NCBI GenBank assembly: GCA_041391945.1
Contig: JAWKNC010000001.1
Span: forward strand, 189,817 to 253,816
Direction of reading: 5' to 3'
From: Allomuricauda sp.
GTDB lineage: Bacteria > Bacteroidota > Bacteroidia > Flavobacteriales > Flavobacteriaceae
Length of the DNA stretch: 64,000 bases
Shown: piece by piece, positions 58,201 through 64,000 of the stretch
Position numbering within the stretch: the first letter of the stretch is position 1
Layout: the number at the start of each line of letters is the position of its first letter
Position numbers and translations under genes: made by a program
Notes under the pieces: model-generated
What the model saw: only the letters and a program-made list of their open reading frames with translations
Database searches by the model: none
What the model was told of the DNA's origin: nothing

Positions 58201-58670
58201 GATATCAAGGCGAAATCCATAGCTTCCTGCACGGAACCTGAAGCCAAAAGGGCATATCCAGTATTTCGTACGGCCATAACATCGCTATGGTCCCCAAACA
58301 CCGAAAGCGCATGCGTTGCCACCGATCTTGTGGCCACATGGATTACGTTAGGGGTAAGCTCCCCTGCTATTTTATACATATTGGGCATCATCAATAACAA
58401 CCCTTGTGATGCGGTAAAGGTGGTTGACAATGAACCGGTCTGCAATGCGCCGTGCATGGCTCCCGCCACCCCGGCTTCACTTTGCATTTCAAAAGTTGCG
58501 GGGACATTGCCAAAAATATTTTTATGCTGGTATGCACTCCATTCCTCAACCAACTCGGCCATTTCAGAAGCCGGAGTAATGGGGTAAATGGGAAAAACAT
58601 CATTGATGCGGTAGGCTACATGTGCTACGGCCTGATTTCCATTTACGATTATGTGTTTTTGGTTTTTCAT
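55233..58670 (-). CDS. nifJ: Pyruvate:ferredoxin/flavodoxin oxidoreductase homologue with degenerate proximal Fe-S and CoA-binding sites
   Basis: YPITP, MQSEAG, TASQGLLLM, FFDGFRTSHE, two CxxCxxCxxxCP motifs, GDGWAYDIG, YSNTGGQ. Start set to ATG 58670. Confidence 0.9.
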   Translation of the reverse strand: MKNQKHIIVNGNQAVAHVAYRINDVFPIYPITPASEMAELVEEWSAYQHKNIFGNVPATFEMQSEAGVAGAMHGALQTGSLSTTFTASQGLLLMMPNMYKIAGELTPNVIHVATRSVATHALSVFGDHSDVMAVRNTGYALLASGSVQEAMDFALISQAASLASRIPFVHFFDGFRTSHEVSKIEKITDHAIRSMIDEDMVNSHRNRALDPNNPVIRGTSQGPDVFFQSREAVNCYYDACPTIVQHKMDEFAELTGRQHKIFEYIGHPEAEQVIVAMASATETLEETIAHLNVQGEKIGLVKVRLFRPFSVDHFINSLPKSCSAIAVLDRTKEPGSTSEPLYLDVVQSVAQCNRFDSFPKIVGGRYGLSSKEFTPAMVKTLVDNLKRKEPKNNFTVGILDDVTHLSLPVDGFNLPSKFEQALFYQTKTDKTQEQFNVILKLLGETTENFVQGYMECDYRKSNSRNVSHLRMAPEPIKAPYLIQHANFVACDDVAFVEQDSVLENVQNSGTLLVLSDSGPDRFWGTLPCRTQKLIQEKSLDVYVAPSEVLSSSYMMNGYAVSGLHASYFALKSGANQNSALETLGQLIRKVDTSILENESILSQDEVFSKTLLGSLLAGKGNELPVSLLPVDGTFATGTSTHNTRKMVVELPEWNTDLCTQCGACSMACPSGALRIKAFENTIKNGAPSSFKSMEFMEEMEGFDLLNYTIQVNPDQCTSCNNCVDACPAKALMMNKSLSRIEKERENWMYFETIPEFDRTKLDTNKVGQQQLQEPLFKYPMGEDGCGQATYLKLLSQLFGDRMLVANATGASSIFGGALPTTPWSKNEQGRGPAWSNSLFEDNAEFGLGFRLSLNQKENQAKDLLAKMAQYLDSDLVEAILNAPQSSDLEIDQQRNRIETLKIQLQKIESDDAKKLLNLVESLVKKSVWIVGGDGWAYDIGYGGLDHVLASGENVNILVLDNEAYSNTGGQMSKATPYGASARFAARGKKKQKKDLGLLAMNYEDVYVASVAIGADQQQTLNAFVEAEKHQGPSIIIAYCHSPSHGIDMKNPSQYHKAAVASGQWLLYRHDPKMIEEGRLPLQLDSKAPKIPLLAYLKMEGRFQKMLEEEQTMDQYWVTEIQKKVQNRYVGYHAMSNKNQEESVMA

Positions 58671-58708
58671 GAGGGTGGATTGTGACTTTGGTAAGGTGGA
58701 TTCAAATG

Positions 58709-58741
58709 AATAAGCCACTCCAAAAATGGGAGTGGCTTATT
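58709..58741. terminator. 13-bp perfect hairpin between the OsmC-like and PFOR-like genes (terminator or mRNA stabiliser)
   Basis: aataagccactcc-aaaaatg-ggagtggcttatt; weak U-tract on the sense (minus) strand. Confidence 0.6.
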
Positions 58742-58750
58742 TCATGCCTA

Positions 58751-59302
58751 TTACTTTTCGAACTCGATGGTAACAGGAGTTGGGTTGGTCAACATATCGA
58801 ATACGGGGGAGAATTGGGCCAAAGCTCTCAATTGCTCTTCAGAAGCGTCAGTCTTTACCTTGAATTTTACAGTAATACCGTTGTATCCTTTTCTAACTTC
58901 AGGGTCAAGACCCAAGAATCCGTGAAGGTCAACATCACCGGTCAAAGAGGACTCAGCACCTTCAATTTCAATTCCGTTGGCAGCGGCATGGTAAGCCATG
59001 GCACCGGTCAAACAAGAACCAAGGGCGTGCAAAACAATCTCTGCAGGGTTGGGTGCCTGGTCTTTTCCCAAAAGAACCTCAACGTGGTCAGCTTCCATGG
59101 TAAAGGAATCTTTTCTTGTTGGGTGCTCTTGTCCTACACCGTAATAATCTTGGATGCTGGTCACACAGTGACCTCCTTCGATCCAATTGTTTTTGGCCCT
59201 GAACTCGAATTTTGCCAATTCAGGATTTCCTTGTACTGCGTTGATAGTATCTACCAACTGATCTACGTTTACTCCGTTTTTAATGTTTGCTGTTGTAATC
59301 AT
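58751..59302 (-). CDS. OsmC/Ohr family protein
   Basis: NGVNVDQL, LLGKDQAPNPAEIVLHALGSCLT, GDVDLHGFLGL, SPVFDMLTNPTPV. Confidence 0.88.
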   Translation of the reverse strand: MITTANIKNGVNVDQLVDTINAVQGNPELAKFEFRAKNNWIEGGHCVTSIQDYYGVGQEHPTRKDSFTMEADHVEVLLGKDQAPNPAEIVLHALGSCLTGAMAYHAAANGIEIEGAESSLTGDVDLHGFLGLDPEVRKGYNGITVKFKVKTDASEEQLRALAQFSPVFDMLTNPTPVTIEFEK

Positions 59303-59348
59303 TGTTTTTAGATTTTAAGATTAATTGATTAACATTTGCCTCAATAGA

Positions 59349-59364
59349 TGCATTTGCCGTGCCA
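59349..59364 (-). promoter_or_regulatory. Sigma54 (-24/-12) promoter for the OsmC-like/PFOR-like genes
   Basis: Minus strand TGGCACGGCAAATGCA: GG-N10-GC in TGGCAC context, 46 nt upstream of the ATG. Confidence 0.85.
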
Positions 59365-59383
59365 AAAAATGTAATCATCTTAA

Positions 59384-59396
59384 AATCAATATTTTA
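59384..59396 (+). promoter_or_regulatory. IHF-like site between enhancer and sigma54 promoter
   Basis: AATCAA-TATT-TTA matches WATCAR-N4-TTR. Confidence 0.5.
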
Positions 59397-59424
59397 CAAC
59401 GATATTTTGTATCATGTTAGGTAG

Positions 59425-59482
59425 CGAAATTTCATTAATCAACGAAATTTCGTGAATTTATTTATGAGATTTCGTGAATTTA
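59425..59482. promoter_or_regulatory. Putative upstream activator sequences for the sigma54 activator
   Basis: Palindrome ACGAAATTTCGT (59442-59453), partial copy CGAAATTTC (59425-59433), direct repeat ATTTCGTGAATTTA at 59447 and 59469. Confidence 0.7.
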
Positions 59483-61330
59483 TAGAGGCCGGGCTATGCC
59501 CAATGCCTTTATTCTGGAGGTAAGTGTGGTCGGGGGGATTCCCAAAAGTGCGGCAGCACCTTTTTCCCCAGAAATTTTCCAACGGGTCTTTTTCAGGGCC
59601 TTCAAGATATTATCCTTTTCCAACCCAAGGAGTTCTTGGGACGTGTAGATATGATCTTCTTCAATTTGGGTGACCGTCTGCTTGCTTCCGCTTACATCGG
59701 GGATGATGTTGGACCAATCAATTTCCCCATCTTTTGAAACGATGATGGCACGCTCCACCAAATTTTGAAGCTCCCTTACGTTGCCAGGCCAATCGTACTG
59801 CAAAAAAAGTTTCTTTTGCTCCGCTGTGAAAGGATTTATTTTCCGATTCAGTTTTTTGGAAAAATGCCGTACCATGTTTTCTGCAATCAGGCTTACGTCG
59901 TTGCCCCTATCCCGCAGGGCAGGGATCTCTATCGGAAAAACGTTCAACCTATAATAAAGGTCTTCCCTAAATTTTCCATCCTTGGAAAATTGCAGCAAAT
60001 CCCGGTGCGAGGCTGCTATAATGCGGACATCCACCTTTTGTGTGGTGGAGCTTCCCACGGGATCAAATTCCCCTTCTTGGATTACCCTCAGTAATTTGGG
60101 TTGAAGATCCAACGGAAGCTCCCCAATCTCATCCAAAAAGATGGTACCCTTGTCCGCCAGGGAAAACCGGCCTTTTCTACTTGCGGTGGCACCGGTAAAA
60201 GCGCCTTTTTCATGCCCGAAGAGTTCACTCTCAATCAAATTGGCAGGAATGGCCCCACAATTGATACGGATCAACGGTCCATGGGCCCGGTTACTAGCTG
60301 CATGGATGGCCCTGGCCACCAGTTCCTTTCCCGTTCCCGTTTCGCCATGGATCAGTACCGTGGCTTCGGTGTGAGCCACCTGTTTGATCAAATCCAGAAC
60401 TTTTTTGATAGCTCTGTGCTGGCCTATGATGCCGTGATCATTGGTAAGTTCCTTTATCTCCTCCTGCAAATATTGAGTCTGACTTTGCAGGGAAGTTATC
60501 TCGTTTTCTGCTTTTAGGCGATCATCGATGTTACGCAATATTAAGGTATAAAATGTGTCCGTTTCATTTCCATACCTACTGATGGTGCCTTCATTGAGCG
60601 TCTCTTTTTCATCAGACCCAATAACCTTGATGACTTGCGGCAAATAGGTGTTCATAACTTCCCGTTTGCCCTTTTGGCTTGATGCTATCAGAGATTCCAA
60701 CAGCTCTGCACTGGCATCGTCCAAAAAATAAAGCAGGTTCCGTTGAATCACATCATCATTCTGGAACAGAGCCTGCGCCGAGGCATTGGCCAAGACTATC
60801 CTAAAATCGGTATCGAACATGATTATGGCATCCATGGCCCCATCAATGAGCCCGGTCATTTTGGAATTGGCCAGTTCTACCTCTTTTTTAGAAGCCGATA
60901 ATCTTTCCTGAATGATATCCAGTTCCCGGTGCCTTTTGATCAATACCGACAAAACTCCCATGACAAAACCTTTATCCGAGCCGATCAGATTGGAAAAATG
61001 GGATGATTTTATCTTTAAAAGCGTGGTGTCCTCTTCCGCGGTAACCGATACAGATCTCGGTTTTTGGTCCAATAGAGCATATTCCCCGAAACATTCCCCT
61101 TTGGACAATGAACCATAACGATGTTCCTTATCATGCACCTTTACCTTACCTTCAAGTATGACGTACATGCCATCCCCAACATCTCCCTTCTCAATAATAC
61201 GGTGGGTTTTACCAAAATGCTCCTCTTCCGAATTTCTGCAAAGTTCCAAAAGCGAAACTTTTTCCACCTCGGAAAAGAAAGGAACTTCTTTTAGGAAATC
61301 TACCAATTCACGAAGTCGGGTTGAGGTCAT
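59480..61330 (-). CDS. Sigma54-dependent activator (bEBP): cNMP-binding - PAS - AAA+ - HTH
   Basis: FGEYALLDQKPRSVSV phosphate-binding cassette; PAS GAMDAIIMFD; GETGTGKE, ESELFGHEKGAFTGA, FLDEIGE, DLYYRLN, WPGNVRELQN; GAAALLGIPPTTL. Confidence 0.92.
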   Translation of the reverse strand: MTSTRLRELVDFLKEVPFFSEVEKVSLLELCRNSEEEHFGKTHRIIEKGDVGDGMYVILEGKVKVHDKEHRYGSLSKGECFGEYALLDQKPRSVSVTAEEDTTLLKIKSSHFSNLIGSDKGFVMGVLSVLIKRHRELDIIQERLSASKKEVELANSKMTGLIDGAMDAIIMFDTDFRIVLANASAQALFQNDDVIQRNLLYFLDDASAELLESLIASSQKGKREVMNTYLPQVIKVIGSDEKETLNEGTISRYGNETDTFYTLILRNIDDRLKAENEITSLQSQTQYLQEEIKELTNDHGIIGQHRAIKKVLDLIKQVAHTEATVLIHGETGTGKELVARAIHAASNRAHGPLIRINCGAIPANLIESELFGHEKGAFTGATASRKGRFSLADKGTIFLDEIGELPLDLQPKLLRVIQEGEFDPVGSSTTQKVDVRIIAASHRDLLQFSKDGKFREDLYYRLNVFPIEIPALRDRGNDVSLIAENMVRHFSKKLNRKINPFTAEQKKLFLQYDWPGNVRELQNLVERAIIVSKDGEIDWSNIIPDVSGSKQTVTQIEEDHIYTSQELLGLEKDNILKALKKTRWKISGEKGAAALLGIPPTTLTSRIKALGIARPL

Positions 61331-61456
61331 GGTCCAGTCTCGATGTTGCTGTATGAAATAAATATAAAGATTTATGGGGATTACGGATATCAATTGCTCT
61401 TTTCAATAAATTAAATCGATGGTTTTTTCTATTTTTATTCTTCAAACCTATAGCAA

Positions 61457-62398
61457 ATGACCATTACCCAACTTCAATATGTTCTGGCTGTTGCGGAGTA
61501 CAGGAACTTTACCCTGGCGGCCGAAAAAAGCTTCGTAACCCAACCTACCTTGAGCATGCAGGTTCAAAAATTGGAGGATGAATTGGACGTGCTCATATTC
61601 GATCGTAGCAAAAAACCGATTTCCATCACCGAAGTGGGCACAAAAATAGTGGCGCAGGCGAAGAACATTGTAGCGGAAGCGGAACGCATCAAGGATATTG
61701 TAGATCAGGACAAAGGGTTTATTGGTGGAGACTATATCCTGGGAATCATCCCCACGGTGATGCCCACCCTATTGCCCATGTTCCTGAACACCTTCATCAA
61801 AAAATATCCAAAGGTCAATCTCATCATCAAAGAGCAGCCTACCGATGTGATGATCCGCAATATTTTGGACGGACATTTGGACGCGGGCATTGCCGCGACT
61901 CCCTTGGAAATAGAATTCATCAAAGAACGGCCGCTGTACTACGAACCCTTTGTGGGTTATGTGCCGAACAACCATCGGCTGTTTCCGGAAAAAATGCTGA
62001 CCACCGAACATTTGGATGTCAATGACATCCTTTTGTTGCAGGACGGCCACTGTTTTAGGGATGGGGTCATCAACCTTTGCAAATCTCCCAGAAGTGCACA
62101 CAGTGAACAGTTTAAAATTGAGAGTGGCAGTTTCGAGACCTTGGTAAGCCTTTCCGATGAGGGTATGGGAATGACCTTGTTGCCCTATTTGAACACACTT
62201 CACCTAGACAAAGCGAAAAAGGAAAATCTACGGCCTTTCAGGAGTCCTTCGCCAGCTCGTGAAATAAGCCTTATTTACCACAAAAGCGAACTCAAGATAC
62301 AGATTACGGAAGCCTTGAAAGAGGTTATCTCCGGTATCGTGCGGGGTGCCATAGCTTTTCAGGATGTGAAAATTATAAGTCCATTGGCCAAGAGTTAG
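61457..62398 (+). CDS. oxyR: Hydrogen peroxide-inducible LysR regulator OxyR
   Basis: NFTLAAEKSFVTQPTLS HTH; GHCFRDGVINLC carries both redox Cys. Confidence 0.92.
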   Translation: MTITQLQYVLAVAEYRNFTLAAEKSFVTQPTLSMQVQKLEDELDVLIFDRSKKPISITEVGTKIVAQAKNIVAEAERIKDIVDQDKGFIGGDYILGIIPTVMPTLLPMFLNTFIKKYPKVNLIIKEQPTDVMIRNILDGHLDAGIAATPLEIEFIKERPLYYEPFVGYVPNNHRLFPEKMLTTEHLDVNDILLLQDGHCFRDGVINLCKSPRSAHSEQFKIESGSFETLVSLSDEGMGMTLLPYLNTLHLDKAKKENLRPFRSPSPAREISLIYHKSELKIQITEALKEVISGIVRGAIAFQDVKIISPLAKS

Positions 62399-62415
62399 GC
62401 CAATGATGTAAAAAA

Positions 62416-62438
62416 AAGAGCCGCTTTCAGCGGCTCTT
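62416..62438. terminator. Terminator hairpin between convergent oxyR and the 65-aa gene
   Basis: aagagccgc-tttca-gcggctctt preceded by an A run (U-tract for the minus strand). Confidence 0.8.
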
Positions 62439-62441
62439 CGA

Positions 62442-62639
62442 TTATGCTTTTAAGAGTAATAAAGTCGGTTGTAACTCTGGTTTGTCCGAAATAAAAAATT
62501 GCAACCAGATTCTAAGTTCTTCAATTTCACTAGGTAATAACCTTGAAACAGCTTTCTTCAATTCTTTGGCGAAGAGTTTAGCATCAAAACTGACCTTCTG
62601 CAGGATTGTCTTGGTGTAATCTAACATTGCTCTGGGCAT
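62442..62639 (-). CDS. Small conserved hypothetical protein (Bacteroidetes type)
   Basis: MLDYTKTILQKVSFDAKLFAKELKKA pattern recalled from Bacteroidetes; has its own terminator. Confidence 0.7.
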   Translation of the reverse strand: MPRAMLDYTKTILQKVSFDAKLFAKELKKAVSRLLPSEIEELRIWLQFFISDKPELQPTLLLLKA

Positions 62640-62705
62640 AGGAAATTTGCTTATTTTGAATTGGTGTTCACTAATTTAGGAAAAAACGGGTTTTGTTGTT
62701 TTAAA

Positions 62706-64000
62706 ATGCGGTTAAAATTGAAAAAATACATGTTAAAATCGATAAACGGACACATCTATTCCTCTAAAAATCATCATTTTAAGTATTTGACAGTCATTGG
62801 CTTAGTAAGTTTTTTCCTGCTTTATGGATGTTCTTCAGTCCGCAGGACGGTCAATGGCCAACTACGGGATAAATCCCTTAAAAATTCCTTTCACGGATTG
62901 GTGGTCATGAATCCCAAAACGGGAAAGACCGTTTACAATTTCAATGGCGAAGCTTATTTTACACCTGCCAGCAATGTGAAGATCGTTACGTTTTATTCTG
63001 CCTTAAAACTGCTTCCCAAGAACATCCCAGCTGTAACGTATGCCGTTTCCAACGATACCCTTTTCGTGGAAGGAACCGGTGACCCTTCCTGGTTGCATCC
63101 TTATCTCCAAGATAGTACAGCAATCCAATGGTTGAAAAAACAAGGAACCATTGCCCTGTATCTTCAAAATTTTCGAGAGGACCGCTATGGTCCGGGTTGG
63201 GCATGGGAGGATTATGATGCCTATTTTTCTCCTGAAAGAAGTCCATTGCCCCTGTATGGGAATGTGGTAACCATTTCTTATACAGACAGTTTGAACGTAT
63301 CTCCTGTATTTTTTAGAGGAAATGTTTCCTTGAAGGATACCATTAGGCATAGGGATGAATTTTCCAATCGTTTTTATATAGAACCTACTTCCCAGGACAC
63401 TTTGGAAGTACCTTTTTTGACCAGTGATGGGCTCACCAAGCGGCTGTTGGAAACCGTTTTGGAAAAAGAGATTGTTCTCTCCGACCATTTTCCCAATGCC
63501 GATAAAAGAACATTATATGGCATGGAATCGGATTCCATTTACAAACACATGCTACTGGAAAGTGACAATTTTTTGGCAGAACAATTGTTGCTGACCGCTT
63601 CTTCCACCTTATCGGATACCCTGGGCACGCAAAAAACCATTGCCCGCATGTTGGATACTGATCTGAAAGACTTGGAACAACAACCCCGTTGGGTAGACGG
63701 TTCCGGCTTATCGCGGTACAATTTGTTCACGCCAAAATCCTTGGTACAAGTGCTCCAAAAACTATATGCTGAAATTCCTGAAGAGCGATTGTTCAAGATT
63801 TTTCCCATGTGGGATGCCTCTGGGACTGTGGAGAAATGGAAGGACCCTACCATTGAACCCTTTATTTTTGCCAAATCAGGGTCATTGGGCAACAATTACA
63901 ATCTCAGTGGTTATTTGAAAACGAAGTCGGGGAAACTACTCATTTTCAGTTTTATGAACAACCATTTCAAAATACCCACTTCGCAGATACGGAACACCAT
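62706..64000 (+). CDS. dacB: D-alanyl-D-alanine carboxypeptidase/endopeptidase (peptidase S13), truncated by the window end
   Basis: Translated by hand (not in ORF track): lipobox LLYGC, PASNVK (SxxK), GPGWAWEDY, ESDN (SxN), DGSGLSRYN, AKSGSL. Start uncertain (62706 or 62730). Confidence 0.88.
   Translation, partial: MRLKLKKYMLKSINGHIYSSKNHHFKYLTVIGLVSFFLLYGCSSVRRTVNGQLRDKSLKNSFHGLVVMNPKTGKTVYNFNGEAYFTPASNVKIVTFYSALKLLPKNIPAVTYAVSNDTLFVEGTGDPSWLHPYLQDSTAIQWLKKQGTIALYLQNFREDRYGPGWAWEDYDAYFSPERSPLPLYGNVVTISYTDSLNVSPVFFRGNVSLKDTIRHRDEFSNRFYIEPTSQDTLEVPFLTSDGLTKRLLETVLEKEIVLSDHFPNADKRTLYGMESDSIYKHMLLESDNFLAEQLLLTASSTLSDTLGTQKTIARMLDTDLKDLEQQPRWVDGSGLSRYNLFTPKSLVQVLQKLYAEIPEERLFKIFPMWDASGTVEKWKDPTIEPFIFAKSGSLGNNYNLSGYLKTKSGKLLIFSFMNNHFKIPTSQIRNT

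Noticed and set aside
5528-61393. Longest-ORF starts in the track (5528, 15900, 22797, 23432, 36692, 37319, 47640, 50359, 58718, 61393)
   Set aside because: They extend into promoters, hairpins or neighbouring genes; downstream starts fit family N-termini and signal peptides better.
62707-62740. GTTAAAAT repeated 21 bp apart upstream of the 65-aa gene
   Set aside because: Could be a regulator site, but it is AT-rich, overlaps the possible dacB start and does not match the three-promoter LytTR consensus.
1-64000. CRISPR array, tRNA/rRNA genes, IS or RAYT transposase, integrase
   Set aside because: None seen by eye; the repeats found are dispersed palindromes, not spacer arrays. A formal tRNAscan/Infernal/ISEScan run was not possible.

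Overview
A 64-kb chromosomal segment that looks like a marine Flavobacteriaceae (Muricauda/Flagellimonas-like; inferred from gene content, TAnnTTTG promoters and a PorP/SprF gene). Left to right: an AT-rich ABC-ATPase-TOPRIM (PARIS-like) defence candidate; purL carrying in-frame palindromic-repeat insertions; a MarR-controlled beta-oxidation operon interrupted by a four-helix-bundle gene; divergent GH15 and fused otsAB; a run of secreted hydrolases; corA, mscS and a LETM1-related gene; a LytS/LytTR module with five 2TM domains whose regulon can be read from three conserved promoters; a PorP-SPOR fusion; two class III cyclases; and a complete sigma54 unit (cNMP-PAS activator, enhancer repeats, IHF site, -24/-12 promoter) driving an OsmC-like gene and a PFOR homologue that keeps its TPP/pyruvate site but has lost the proximal Fe-S ligands and the CoA-binding loop. 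oxyR and a partial dacB end the window. No rRNA, tRNA, CRISPR array or transposase was seen. The best candidates for an undescribed system are the cNMP/sigma54-OsmC-degenerate PFOR unit, the LytTR-2TM-TonB regulon and the REP-like elements invading PurL. All family comparisons are from recall, not database searches.
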